NCBI RefSeq assembly: GCF_964355755.1
Contig: NC_092673.1
Location: 34,469,648-34,533,647 of the forward strand
Origin: Antedon mediterranea
Taxonomy: Eukaryota; Animalia; Echinodermata
Reading direction: 5' to 3'
Length of the DNA: 64,000 nt
The notes beneath the pieces were generated by a model. It was not told the origin of the DNA, made no database searches, and saw only the letters and a list, made by a program, of their open reading frames with translations. Below, piece by piece: positions 13,877 through 28,003 of this stretch; the first letter of the stretch is position 1; each line of letters begins with the position of its first letter. The translations under genes were made by a program, and so were the position numbers.

Positions 13877-14634
13877 GTTACGGTCACATTGCCCCGGTGA
13901 CGTTATGGGGAAAGATTGCAACGATTCTGTACGGTTTTGTTGGAATACCTCTTCTGCTACTTGTACTCTCCGATCTTGGATACTTGGCAGCCTTACCTAC
14001 CAAATATATCGTTTACCTTCTGGCTAAAGTGAACCAAGTGCGTAAAGCAAAGATTCAGCCGATGTTTGACAAGTTGAACTTAGGTGTGTACAGCATAGAG
14101 GTAAATCGAGGTTCAAAATCGGAGGAAGATGACGGATATGATGTAATGAAGAACAGGCCGGCATCTCGAGTATCTACCGCTAGCTATGCATTGCCTGACG
14201 TATCATCAAAAGGAACTCAAACCAAAATCGATGACGTGGACGTGGTAGAAGCGCCAAAATCACCAGCAAAGAAATCAAAAGTAAAAGACGCAGAAGTTCC
14301 TCTCACTGTCGTCTTGTTTGTGTTCTTTGCATATAACTGCTTAGGTGCCTGGATTTTCTCGTCATTGGAAAAAAGCTGGTCGTTCTTTGATGGCTTTTAC
14401 TTTTCTTTCATCACAGTCAGCACCATCGGATTCGGCGATCTTGTACCAGGCGAAACAACCGAAAATGTGATCGAGGAGAACTTTCGATTGATAATAGGCG
14501 CTGTTTACATGTTCTTTGGTATTGCCGTCATCTCCGCTTGTTTTGCAATGTCTCAGTCTACACTCTACAACTATGGGATGTACCTTTCCATTAAATTCAG
14601 ACTTCGGAAACCAAATGGAGAAAAGAACATTTAG
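13877..14634 (+). CDS. K2P potassium channel locus 1, coding exon 2 (GYG, M2, long loop, M3, P2, M4); spliced protein 414 aa, TRESK/TWK-like topology
   Basis: Acceptor TTTTTTGCATTTACAG|GT restores TVGYGHIAP; P2 FSFITVSTIGFGDLVP; stop TAG at 14632-14634; AATAAA at 14986. Confidence 0.93.
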
Positions 14635-15776
14635 CTTCATAAGATTTCAAAAATGGTCAAACTCCAAATTGATACCAAATTTAAAACCTGTAATCTTTGC
14701 ATCCTGATTGATAGCATGCTATTAAATAGTATATTTGTTTACTTCGTGTTTTATATGCGTGCATGGCGCATACCATAACAACAAATGTTTACTATACGTG
14801 GACAAACACCAACTAATTTCATATGTTATTCGGCTTTAAAAATGTCAATATAACCAAGGAAATCTAACAACTGGCCACTGTGCTAGCCTTGCCAAAAACT
14901 CGTAACAGTCCTTTAATCTTATGTCTGACTGCGACAAATACCAACAGTACTGTACCATGTACATATTACCTGTTACATAGAAAACAATAAAATAAGTCCC
15001 CTTAAAATGGTTGTTTCGTGAATAGGGGCTGACCGCAGTGTTAGCAAAAATATATTGCCCGTGCAGGAGTTAAACCTGTAAACAATAATTAGCTTTGTTC
15101 TGAAAAAAAAAAACATTTTCAAACGTGTTTTTAGTTTTTAGAAAGTATTTATGAAAGTATTATTGGAATTATCAGAATGTATATACTTATATAACATGTT
15201 ATCTTATTTTACGTAATATAATGTTGTTTCTTATTTTACTTATATATATATATATTGTATATTATCTTAAATAATATATGATAATATATGTTATATTTTA
15301 TATTACGTAATATAACATGTTGCATCTTATTTTACTTAATAACAGGTTGTGTTTTATTGCACAAAGTGTAACCTTTCACAACCATTATACTTTCTTAACA
15401 TAATAGAATTACTGCTATCATAAGCACTTCAATAATAATGTAACATTATTAAACGTTATTTATATCGGAATTGCTTTCATGTACATCGTGGCATTACTGA
15501 GCATGCGCAGACTCATGGTACATGCGTGAAACGTAAAACAAATTGAATGATTGAATGCACACTTTGATACAATAGTTCATGATATACCAGTGGACTTACA
15601 TTCTATGCAATACAGTTACTGCTAAATTTATAAAAGCCTAATAGCTCATGAATTAGTGGTATCGTGGTTTGGTAGTTAAGATGAATCAAATGAATCCAAC
15701 GCCTTGCTCTCGTCACGTGTCTAAATCACTACTTGTGTTTGTGTCAAATTAGGATGGCCAATGTTAGGTTACAGTC

Positions 15777-15870
15777 TTAAGCTCTGTCTACACTATCAAA
15801 CTAGTTTGTCAAAAAAAAATGTGATGTGGCCAAATATGGTATCATGTCCATTAAAGTTTGATAGACTTTA
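15777..15870. mobile_element. MITE family B partial copy
   Basis: TTAAGCTCTGTCTACACTATCAAACTAGTTTGTC matches the termini of 21185-21358. Confidence 0.65.
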
Positions 15871-16194
15871 GACAAAACACTTTGAAACACTTTCAAATTT
15901 GAATTACATGTAACAAGACAAACTTCAGAGTTAGATCAAACAAGACATTGCCTACAGAAAGTGAGAGTAGATAGCAAGAAAAGGGGAAAACCCAGATGAA
16001 CCTCATCAGGAATTGAAGTGGATGAGCTGAAGCGGAGATCGGCGGAACAGCATAAATTAATAACAACATTGATTTATCATTATTAATGACAATACAAAAA
16101 GAATATATAGACAACATCTCCACCTAATCATGCCGTTGCCTATGTTATACTGTATCCGATGGTTAAATAAAGCCGTTTAATTATATCTTATTAT

Positions 16195-16547
16195 TTAAGA
16201 TGTATTGTCCCCCAAAAACATGAAAACAAAATAATCAGACTTTGAATAGGTTATTGTGTAGTTTTATCAAGTTAATCACTTCCGTAAAAAAAAGCAATTA
16301 AAAAAAATAATGTTTTCAATTAAAAAATGACAAAATAAATGGTTAAATTCAACCAAAAATCCATTGGCTGGCAACCAATTTGACAACTTTTTTGCTTTAA
16401 ATTACAGTTTTTTTTCAGGTAAATGCATTTTTTTCGATCCAATTTTTGGTCAAAGTGGATCGAATAACTATTATGTGACATTAGAATGGCATATCCAACA
16501 CAAATTTGTTTAAGTATTATTTTTTCAGGGGGACAATACATCTTAAA
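16195..16547. mobile_element. MITE family C copy
   Basis: TTAAGATGTATTGTCCCC...GGGGACAATACATCTTAA terminal inverted repeat. Confidence 0.75.
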
Positions 16548-17777
16548 GTAAAGCCGTTTAATCTATTACTTAAGCCACCACAATCTATTAAATATGTATC
16601 ATAGTATTCAGTATTAGGCTATACTGTCATTACTATGGAAATAGTGGATTTATTTACAAAATAGACAACATACCCGATTCATTATATAAAAAAAAGGTTA
16701 CGTTAAGTTTAATAATTTTAATAATCGATTATTTTATTAATGAAGTCACAAATTATATTAAAATTAATATATTTTGGTATTATTTATGGTTTGATGGGCT
16801 TATCGATTGCGTTTTTGTTTTCTAATCAATATGGAACTGTAATAACTTGTTGAAATTGAAATAATAACAGTGGATAATTACGATAACATGAACTTTAAAA
16901 TTATAATCATACGGTAATAATAATTAATAGACCTTTCTATACTATATGCCATTTTTGTATACGTATAAACAAAATAAGAAAAAACAGTATCTATAAATAT
17001 GAACCATATGCCTTTTAAGGAAGTGAAATCTCACTATTTAATGTTATTATACCGAGGAAAGAGTGAACTTTCATATAGTGTTACTAAAAATATTACTGAG
17101 CCATAAACTTGTATAAATAAACAGAGAATGCAATGCAAAATCACTCATACATGTAATTTCTAATATTTTTTAACGCTAAATTACGAAAAGTAATGGCTAC
17201 TTTTGGGTCGGTGAGAAAGGCGGTATTTCGCGATTACTGCATTTGTTAATTTCATCATGTTCTTTATAATTTTCCAAACTATTATAGGTTATTTTAACAA
17301 AAAAATAAATTATAATATTTATCGTAATAAATAATATATTTCTATTCTTTAATCTGTAGATATTGTAAATACATATTAATTTTATATTGCCGTTATACTG
17401 TTATGCAATTAATTAAGTATTTAAATTAATACCGTATTTATTAAGGGTCTTGTAACTGTCTTGTCTAACTTTATTTCATAGTTTTGGGGCATTATTATAT
17501 TATCAATTTATTCGATTATAACATTATTAATATTAGTAATACGTTTTTTATTTTGCCATATTTTTTTATAGTTTATTGAGAGCAGTTTAAAAAACAAATA
17601 TTCGTAAAATGTCATTAACTTCCATTAGATGTATCAGCATTAATACAAACTGTCTAGGCTAGGATTCTTTGGTAAACTTCGTTAGGAGCCATGTAATAAC
17701 GCATAAGATGCGTATAGTCAGTACACACTCTGGTTAGTGTACCGTAACCTACTGTAGGCAACTAAATCTGTAACACC

Positions 17778-18014
17778 AGTACACACGCTTGTTCACATGG
17801 CCTGTGTCATGAGTACACACTCTGTTCACATGGCCTGTGTCATGAGTACACACTCTGTTCTCATGGCCTGTGTCATGAGTACACACTCTGTTCTCATGGC
17901 CTGTATCATGAGTACACACTCTGTTTCTCATGGCCTGTGTCATGAGTACACACTCTGTTCTCATGGCCTGTGTCATGAGTACACACTCTGTTCTCATGGC
18001 CTGTGTCATGAGTA
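17778..18014. repeat. 33-bp minisatellite, ~7 copies
   Basis: Unit AGTACACACTCTGTTCTCATGGCCTGTGTCATG. Confidence 0.9.
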
Positions 18015-18721
18015 GAGTTACAGACGGCGTACGCTACGCGACACGACGTGGCCAATATTTTGCCTTCTCAAAAAACAAAATGGCACAGTACTAACAAAAG
18101 CACGGTACTGTATTGATTTCTTATCAGTACTGTGCAATCTCTATAACAATTGTCCTATATCCTGAGTATATAAAGTATAATGCATTTTAGTGGGAATGAT
18201 AAGAATGTGTATACGGTTTTTAAAAAATATGAAAATTCATCTGATTTTTCTTTACAAACTTAGTTAAACTTAGTAGTTAAATATTGTTGGTTTTATTGTT
18301 AGGCCTTATCAATGCATCAGTCACAAACCTAAATTAAACGACGTTATAAGAATGAATATCAATTATTAATATTATTATTATGAACGCCTGTGTATATATA
18401 ACAATGTATATATTGTCAATATGCATATTTTTTTCAGCAGTAAGTTGTTATAGTATGAAAAGATTTAATCGTAACTTTAACAAGAATAAGTCTTAGTAGC
18501 CAAACTTGCCAAAAAAATAAATATTGAGCTTATTTCAAATAATGTGTATCTTGTTTGATTTGTACCTTGTATAGTACGGTACGTTACGTTTAGCATTTCG
18601 CTATCGGGGATTTCGTACAACCAACGCCGATGTAGTTTGGCCTTGAGATGGGACAATGTATTTCAAATTTGGCATAGCAAATGCAATAATAGAGAAGGAA
18701 TATAAGACCTTAACTTCTCAT

Positions 18722-18897
18722 AATGCTTTGTTCTCACTAGAGACGCAACTCAAGGAAGAAAGGACGTAAGAGCAAAATACAAGATTTGACCAATCACAAG
18801 CGATGGAGTATTCGTGTTTTTTGATTAATGCCATTTGTCAACTCGCGTAATTGCGTTGCGTCTACGTCCTTGTGTCTCTTGTGAGTATCAAGTTTAA
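18722..18897. mobile_element. MITE family A copy
   Basis: GTTCTCACTAGAGACGCAAC...GACCAATCACAAGCGA...TTGCGTTGCGTCTACGTCCTTG. Confidence 0.6.
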
Positions 18898-18931
18898 GTT
18901 GCGACAGGATTTGTTTTCTAGTACGATCTAA

Positions 18932-19300
18932 CACTGTAGGATGTCGCGGTACATGGTGCCTATGGAACGCCGGGAGTGCCACTCCCGGCGTTCCATAGGT
19001 GCCATCGTACGGGAATCGGCAGTCAGCCGTAGGATGTCGCGGTACATGGTGCCATCGTACGGGAATCGGCAGTCAGCCGTGGTTATAGCCTATACTGGTC
19101 GCGGTACATGGTGCCATCGTACGGGAATCGGCAGTCAGCCGTGGTTATAGCCATAAAACTGTAGGATGTCGCGGTACATGGTGCCATCGTACGGGAATCG
19201 GCAGTCAGCCGTGGTTATAGCCATAACACTCTAGGATGTCGCGGTACATGGTGCCATCGTACGGGAATCGGCAGTCAGCCGTGGTTATAGCCTATACTGT
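18932..19300. repeat. ~60-70-bp minisatellite, ~5 copies; first copy interrupted by a perfect palindrome
   Basis: Core GTCGCGGTACATGGTGCCATCGTACGGGAATCGGCAGTCAGCCGT repeated. Confidence 0.88.
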
Positions 19301-21184
19301 CTGATCAACCGTGTGTCTCATCTAAGCAACGGTATCCTTGGTTATCAAAACAATAATATATCGAAGAGTATAAAATCGATAGGTTAGTATCCATTTCAAG
19401 GTAAAACATTTCTTCTAATGAGTAGGTTTTTGAAAAAATAGTGGAATAAAAACATAATAAATAATGGCTAGGCATTCCGAAAAAGGTGGCGCTCGGAATT
19501 TGGCCTGCGCGACGCAAAGCAGCTATAGACGGTGTACTGTAGATAGTATGCAGGCTGGCTCTCGATCTTGCATTAGGCAGCAGCATCGCAACATTGTTAC
19601 AATGCTGAACGGTTGAAATTGGAGAAAATAACCAACCAAATAGCAAGAATACACATGTAAATTAGGGATTATATTCTGTGCCGATTTACAGCAGTTTTAG
19701 AGCATACGGAACATTGTGAATGTGTTACTTTCTGCGTTATGCTGATACGAGCTGTGTGTGGTGGTAATACTCTACGTTTGAGGGCGTACATTATGTAACC
19801 ATTTTGAACATAACGCCTAATCTACAAGTAGTAGTCTAAACTCCGAATTTGGCAATAAAAAAAATCGTAAAATGTAAATGTTACAATGTGAAACATGTAT
19901 ATTGTGATATAAGTTTTAAAAATATGTTTTATGAAAATTCCAAAAACTGAATTGGCGCCACCAACAATCACTTTTGTTTCAGATGAGAAAACAACTAGAG
20001 TTAGCGCCACCATTAGGCCTGCCTATCGCAATCGCGTTTGATCTAGATGGCAACTTATATTTACTATCATAATTAGCTCATGCTTTCATAATATATTTCA
20101 AGGTTTTTGTCATCTACAGCTGCTCTTAAGCTAATAACACCAGTTTTATATAAAAACAAATTATATATTATCAATAGTATGCACTTAAATGGTGCAACTA
20201 AAGTTGTTTGCAGACATTTTTTAAAACACTTTTGTTGCCTACCGCATTCGAACTCTGGGGCTACAATCTCAATTTTACTATTAAATATAAGCCTCCGTTT
20301 ATATATTCTACCCGTAAGTAGCAATACATATGGGCCTAGATATAATTCTAGATTTCTCATCATTTGAGTATTATACTATTTGTTGATATAACATGACTGG
20401 GATTTCAAATGTAGGCCTATACAGTATACCATATCATACTGTGGTGGTGGAGATACGAGCACTGAAAATCTGGTAAATGCACACAGCCATCCGAAAATTA
20501 GTGTGAAATCGTCCAAAACGGTACGGTAGGTATTGTAGTGTCTGGTTGTTTATTTTTACCCAAGTGCTTGTTTGTCAGTTACTGTAACATTTTATTTCTT
20601 AAAACCATTGGAATCAAACACGTAAGTAATTTACGAATAAGAAGCTGAGAAGAAACAATTAATATGTTTTTCTGTTATTTTTATTCTTATAATTTCTCTT
20701 TGTCTTAAATTCACCATATCCGCCATACTTTTATTCAGAAACGAAATAGAAATATATCCCTCTTAAAATATGCATGCAGTAACTGTCATAATATTTGTAA
20801 ATAATTTGTTTTGCAACCGTGAATTATTTTACACGAATTGATATATTGTATCATTTCAACACGGTCTCTTCATTTGTGTTACATTATAATTAATTGACTA
20901 TGTAATATATAACTAAGTTGCGGATATGTAAAATGAATTAAAAATGTTGTAGTTAACTTTAACAATATAGCGAAAATATGGCGATTGGTATGCCTACAGT
21001 CCAAAACTAAGAACTACGAAAACGGTTTAATTGGGTTTTCATATCATATTTCAGCCTTGTAATTACATTTTAAGCCATGGCTCTTCATCACAACCATCAC
21101 ATAATCGCGTAAAATGCTTCATTTAATTTCGAAGGCTACAATTCTCGGGCACATTCTTGTGTCACCTAGAATATGGTTCTTGTG

Positions 21185-21358
21185 TTAAGCCCTGTCTACA
21201 CTATATCAAACTTTATGTGACAAAAAATGTGATGTGCCCATATATGGACATGATGATGTCATATCACTACCATATTTGAGCATATCACTACAGTACCATA
21301 TCTGGGCACATCACACTTTTTTTTGTCAAACTAGTTTGATAGTGTAGACAGAGCTTAA
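21185..21358. mobile_element. MITE family B full copy
   Basis: TTAAGCCCTGTCTACACTATATCAAAC...GTTTGATAGTGTAGACAGAGCTTAA inverted termini; copies at 15777 and 61698. Confidence 0.8.
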
Positions 21359-22199
21359 CAGGCGTGTCATTTACGCTGCCGCGCGTTATTAATGCTACCG
21401 CGCGGTAAGCAGTGATCTATAATCAGATGCCTAAGGCACCTGTTGAATCTCAACGTGACAAAATACTCATCTCATCTTTTATTAAATAATGTAAATACAC
21501 ATGGTCTTTCATCTCAACTCGATTCTGTTTAATTTCCGTAAAGATCTGTAGACGTAGTTGAACCCTGCTACGTATAAATTGACAAATAACGAATTATTAT
21601 TGTAGTGTTCTGGTGGTTCGTGCTTTGCTTATTAAACAGTCCTTGGTGCAGAGTTGTTGTGAATAAAGCATATGTAATTATTGGCGTAGAAACCAGAAGC
21701 TTTCTTTGTATTTTTGATCAAAAGATATCAAGGTAAGTCTACTTCAATTATTAGATATCTGTTCACACAATAAGAGTGAAATGACACTCTTCCCTCGTTC
21801 GCACTATAGAAAATGGTGTATGTTTATCTTGACGTTTATTGCCAATACTTTTATATTATCCTTATCTCCATATCTTCATTATTTTATATGTTTTTTTTAA
21901 ATCATAAATTTAAACAAACATACATGTTTTTCTACTTAGCGTTATTGGGTATATTATCTTTCTACTTATTGGTATAATAATTCGTTGATGACTTATTACA
22001 GAATTATAATTTATGTTTATAGAAATCAATAATATCGCAATCAATTGGTTATTATAACATAACATTATTTCTAAGTTACTTAGTCCTCTTAAATTTTTCA
22101 TCAAGAGCAATTTTTAAAATCAATAATCGTACTTAGTATACCGTGGGCAAAATAACATACGGGGTACTCTATAACATGTATTTTCGATGGTTACAATTA

Positions 22200-23062
22200 T
22201 TGTCAGGTCCTCGCGTGTCAAATTAATGCTGTACACGATACTAAGTGATTATACTTAAAACTGGTCCTCGCGTATCAGACGAATATTTACACGTGCCATA
22301 CGTGATACCTGAAACTGTGGTTCTCGCGCGTCGCGCGAATGTAGTATACGTGGCATACGTAATGCTACTTAAAATTGCCTGGTCTTCGCGTGTCACACGA
22401 ATGACAGTAGTATACGTGGCATACGTAATGCTACTTAACATTTCCTGGTCCTCGCGTGTCACACGAATGACAGTAGTATACGTGGCATACGTAATGCTAC
22501 TTAAAATTGCCTGGTCCTCGCGTGTCACACGAATGTACTGTAGTATACATGGCATACGTAATGCTACTTAAAATTGCCTGGTCCTCGCGTGTCACACGAA
22601 TGTACTGTAGTATACGTATCATACGTAATGCTACTTAAAATTGCCTGGTCCTCGCGTGTCACACGAATGTACTGTAGTATACGTGGCATACGTAAGGCTA
22701 CTTAAAATTGCCTGGTCCTCGCGTGTCACACGAATGTACTGTAGTATACGTATCATACGTAATGCTACTTAAAATTGCCTGGTCCTCGCGTGTCACACGA
22801 ATGTACTGTAGTATACGTGGCATACGTAATGCTACTTAAAATTGCCTGGTCCTCGCGTGTCACACGAATGTACTGTAGTATACGTATCATACGTAATGCT
22901 ATCTAAAATTGCCTGGTCCTCGCGTGTCACACGAATGTACTGTAGTATACGTGGCATACGTAATGCTACTTAAAATTGCCTGGTCCTCGCGTGTCACACG
23001 AATGTACTGTAGTATACGTAATCATACGTAATGCTACTTAAAATTGCCTGGTCCTCGCGTGT
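22200..23062. repeat. 67-bp minisatellite, ~11 copies plus degenerate left-edge units
   Basis: Unit CCTGGTCCTCGCGTGTCACACGAATGTACTGTAGTATACGTGGCATACGTAATGCTACTTAAAATTG; TGGC and TATC variants alternate. Confidence 0.93.
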
Positions 23063-24859
23063 GAAAATAGATTTCTGATCAATACAGTAAATTGATGATA
23101 ACATTATAAAAATAGAAAACCATGTTTACATCATTATTCTATACATTATATATGTTTTAATATTTTCCAGTAGTTTAATAATGGAAGATAAAATTAATTA
23201 TTGATTTAACGTTTTGATGAGAGTTTAACAATAATTTCATCTATACCAGCACAACATATTCTCCGACAAATCCAAAATTACGCATATTATGCTAATTAAT
23301 GAAGGACGATATCATTAACATAACGACAATTAATTATGACGTCATTATAATATCATACATAAATGGTTGTAATTTGCTATTATTCCATAGGGGATAACAC
23401 GTTAAATATAGGTTTGGTATCTGCTTATTTAATAATAATTTTGTACCAATTTAAGAGGTGTTTTCATTTAAAATAAAAGAACAAAATGTTTGTGAAACAT
23501 TGCTGTGTTTGAGTTTTAACTAAAAATAATATAGTGATCCCAAAAATGTGCTATTTTATTTTACCAGTTAACAATTATAACACAAGGAATGCCACTTTTA
23601 CAGATTTTCCGATATTTTATGATATATTTTTTAATTAATAAGTGAACAATCAGAATAATAATATCATCCTCCGTTAGGTGCGAGCTTTATATTGGAATAT
23701 TCGAATAAACGCCCCCGGGGAATTTATTCGAAATAATCTTTTGGAGGGTTTTTAATTTTTGTTTTGTGTAATATAGCATGTATAACAAACAAAAAAAATT
23801 GTATCAAAATGATTGGTAAATTGTAGATCATGACAGTTAAAAATTCTACTTCAAATAGAAAAGAACAAGGCCAACAGCCATAAGTCGCGTGCTAAAACGT
23901 TAAATAGTGATACCGGACCGACAGACTATAGAGTCGCGTCCACGCGACTAAAAAAGAAATAAATAATTAATTAATTCTTTGTATAATATGGTGGGGCTTT
24001 ATTCGAGGGGAAAAACAAACGCCATGGGATAGGGGGTCGAAGAAATACGGTAATGTATACAGAAAAGTAAATGATTTTCTGGGATCATGTGGGATTCATT
24101 TATTGTTTATATTTCAACGTCGAATTTTGTCAATTATCAAGCTGTTTCATTTCAGGGCAGTAAGGAGCGGTTTGATTTTAATTACTTAAAAGTTGTTTTT
24201 ATAGTAACTTATACTTATTCGGTCAGTTGCAGTACTTACAATATAGTCTGATATTGTAATCAAACGTTACCCTGCAAATAATTAGATCTGTAATGTTATT
24301 GATATATTTGTCCATATCAAGGATTTGATTTAAGCCATGCACGGATATTATTTGTATTTTCAAGCTCACTGGTTATACATATAATCATATCCAAATTGCA
24401 GAATATTCATTATAGAACTTAATATCATAATCTCCTCAGAATGAGATGGTAAATTTCGGTCTTAATTCATCCCCTAAGAGCAAGTAATCAAGTTCACATA
24501 ACCTAAATGTGACTCATTTTTGTAATATTTCTAATGACATATGAGTCACTTTCAAAGATTGTATGTTACTGTACTAATACGAGCGAAGATAAGTTTAATA
24601 TGGACAGCCGAATATATACTATTTAACATGATCCAAACGCAGTACAAGCATTGGTGTATGTTTGGTAAAATGGATTACAATTCAGTTAGAGTGACATATT
24701 TGTAATTATACACGAACTGGTGTAGTTTGAACAATGTTACCGTATCAGTAGCACGATGTAATTGTGATTAAAACAGTGTGAAACGTGATCAATGATTTAC
24801 AAGTTGAAGAAGTCATGGCATGGAGTAACATTCGAGAAAAACATCAAACATTAAATACA

Positions 24860-25030
24860 CACTAAGCACACAAGGACGCAAGCGCAGCGTAAATTATTTG
24901 ACCAATCACAAGCGATAGATTATATTCGAACTGTCGCTTGTCATTAATAAACTCGCTTGCCTTGCGTCTACGTCTCTCTGCGTTGCGTCTACGTCTCTCT
25001 GCGTTGAGTCGTTCGTGGGAACCACCCTTA
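24860..25030. mobile_element. MITE family A copy
   Basis: CAAGGACGCAAGCGCAGCG...GACCAATCACAAGCGA...GTGGGAACCACCCTTA. Confidence 0.6.
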
Positions 25031-26469
25031 GTGTAGACAGATAGTTATCGAAGAACTATCGTAATTCATCCGGTAAGTTTATGAATAATAATACTGATTG
25101 TTTGACACGTGGAATAATGGCAATTCTACTGCAAAGAAAACATAAGATAAAACAACACTAAAGTATGTTGGAACACAAAAGAGGACAACGAATGCCTATG
25201 GCAAAGATCATGTGTACATACGAATATCTGGAACCTAATTTTCTTGTAATGTATTGTATATTCCCTGCCAGACCTATATTACTGTACGCTGCAACCAGAT
25301 ATATTGCTTTTTGTTATAAATGCTATTTTGCCCAGACGTAATTATTTAAAGAAAAAATTATCGAAAATTTAAGCAAATCAACCTCCACTTTGTAAAAAGC
25401 ATATGACATCCTTATATAAAATTGTTAATGAATGAATGAATGCTTTGTCCATTAAACCATAGATAAAAGTAATTCCATTGAAAATACTTATCTACGTAGA
25501 CCTACTTTAGATCTATAGGTAAGATCAACACAACCTGGTAGAGATAAATAACGGGGATGCGCACTGTGCTGTTCTTGTTCTTCGACGTCCGGCGGCCGGG
25601 CCGACTGCGTTTGAAATACACGATATCGAAGTTAGTTTTACGCATTTTTAGATAGCACTCTATAATTGATCAAATACATTCTTGGCATTTTATACAACTA
25701 TAGTATTTGTAGCGTTGCATAACACACACTGTTGAGTACAGTTGCGATCGAAAGTATAGCTAAAATGGAATGGTAAATTTGCGATCGACATACCCGGATG
25801 TCTATCAATCAGCGGACATAATGGGCAATGATTTATATATTATAGTTATTTGCTTCAACTTATGTTTCACGTTTTGGTTTGGTTGGTTTTTAGTAGGCTT
25901 AGGCGGCCAAATGAATTGTATTGTTTATATTTTATAAAATCATACAAAAAAAAACGTTCGCTGCAATTGAACGCTTTAAAATAATGTCGAGGTTACGTCA
26001 CATGAAGCATGAACGATGTTGAACATAAAAAGCGTTAAATCGAAACGCATAATATATTTAAATCTTCGCTATGGTCTTTGCTTGCAGGCAACAGCGTCAG
26101 CATCACCTACGAATTAGGATGGATTTTCCGTGAAGTCGTTAAACGAAGAAGATAGTCAAGTGACTAATCAATAATTACAACATGTCGTTGACTTGTAAAT
26201 AAGCGTACGTGATCCTACTAAATTAGGAAATTAATGACGACACGGGCAAATGTTTCTATAACTCGTCAACAATAAGACTAAGTTGGTATGTCTTTACGCC
26301 AATGTATGCTTGTAGTGTCTCACTAATAATGTACCGTTACCTATTATCAGGCCCGACGCGATTTTTTTCGTACATAAGTTGGGGACCCCATGTGAAAGAT
26401 AGCCCAACTACTATAACTAAACCTAACCCTCTAAATAATCTCTCTCTCTCACTATAAAGTAAAAGAAGT

Positions 26470-26539
26470 AGCTCATGGGATTCGAACCCCATACATCGAC
26501 ATGTAAAGTCCATAGTCTTATCCACTCGACTAAACAGAC
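26470..26539 (-). pseudogene. tRNA-like sequence (tRNA pseudogene or tRNA-derived SINE head)
   Basis: Reverse strand GTCTGTTTAGTCGAGTGGATAAGAC...GGGGTTCGAATCCCATGAG has A-box-like and B-box motifs followed by TTTT; anticodon arm does not pair well. Confidence 0.55.
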
Positions 26540-26584
26540 GGCTCGACAGAAATAGTTTGCATTAGCGAATTGTACACCTTATGG

Positions 26585-26588
<4 letters not shown>

Positions 26589-26616
<28 letters not shown>

Positions 26617-27352
26617 CATCATATAATACATTACAAAGGAAAAACATAATCAAATAAAAAATTAAAATAAAAAGCAACAAACAAAAACAACAAAGAAATC
26701 CATCTAACAAATTAAATAAAGGTTCATAAAAATTATTCTACTCTCTAACCATTTCATATTTGATTTATAAATTCTTCTAATTTTATCCATTTTCTATTAA
26801 AAATACTGTCCTCAAAATTCTGATGATAAATAAATTTTTCTGTTTCATAAAACCTTTTTAACTCGTCCATAACCATTTTGATAGTTGGCTTACATTTAAC
26901 TAGTTTACATTTATAAATAAATGATTTTACAATTAGAATAATTGCATTAATGGCTTTTAAATTAAAAAACTGATGCGCATCTTGGTATCCGAAAATTATG
27001 CTCTCTTTACTAAAAATAAATTGCACTCCAGTTTTTTCTGAAATTTTTTCCTGGAGGAGGTTCCATATCCTTTTTACTATTGGACAATTACAGAACAAAT
27101 GCTGAATGGTTTCAATTTTACCATCTCCAAATGAGCACATTGAAGTTTCTTTTATATTCATTTTAAATAATTGTTCATTTGTTGCAATTATTCTATTTAC
27201 AATTTTATATTGAAAATATATTAAAGCAATATTCATTGTACACGTATGTGGAGCTAGGTAGATTGTTTTCCATTGTTCGTTATTGAATACAAATTTATTT
27301 TCTGCCCATTTCTTTTGTGCTTTCCATGATTTAAACATTGAGTTATGAGTTA
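26589..27352 (-). mobile_element. 5'-truncated non-LTR retrotransposon (L1/Tx1-like), C-terminal ORF2 fragment with zf-RVT-like region
   Basis: Open frame FQYKIVNRIIATNEQLFKMNIKETSMCSFGDGKIETIQHLFCNCPIVKRIW (stop at 26754); ~29-nt poly(A) (T-run 26588-26616); TTATGGATAT direct repeat at 26579-26588 and 27353-27362. Confidence 0.88.
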
Positions 27353-27849
27353 TTATGGATATGACTAAATGAATATTCATGTTTATTTTGTGACGTTTCA
27401 CGAGGGGTCCCTAACTTATACGAAAAGAACTATCGCAGCTTGGACACGCGACAAGGCTCAAATCGAACCGAGCGGCACGAAGCTGGAAAAAAGTTACCCA
27501 TGGAGCAACTCAAACGAATTCATGACAACGTTTACACGTCACATTCGATTATGATGTTCACACTGAAATCGTTCACCACGTAAAAATAACGGTTCGATTT
27601 GACGCGTGTAAATTGTTCAATGTGCACCGCCATGTATGTCATAATATATTCCATATCGATAAGCTGGTATATTTGAATAGATACAACGACTTTTGTCAGA
27701 TCACTTATCTAAATAAAATTACTGAAATGAAGTTTAAATAAATTCTTAAACCACGTCAGTTCTTGTAAATTCTTTGCTTCAGACTCTTTCGACGCAAATG
27801 ATACGTCTAATTTGTGTTATTATGTACAATATACGAAAATGTTATGCGT

Positions 27850-28003
27850 GGTGTCCGAACATGATGTCCGAACATGATGTCCGAACATGATGTCCGAACA
27901 TGATGTCCGAATATGATGTCCGAACATGGTGTCCGAATATGGTGTCCGAACATGGTGTCCGAACATGGTGTCCGAACATGGTGTCCGAACATGGTGTCCG
28001 AAC
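27850..28003. repeat. 13-bp minisatellite, ~12 copies
   Basis: (TGTCCGAACATGA/GG)n. Confidence 0.92.

Noticed and set aside
26470-26539. Ochre suppressor tRNA (TTA in the apparent loop)
   Set aside because: Anticodon and acceptor stems do not pair; better explained as a SINE head or pseudogene
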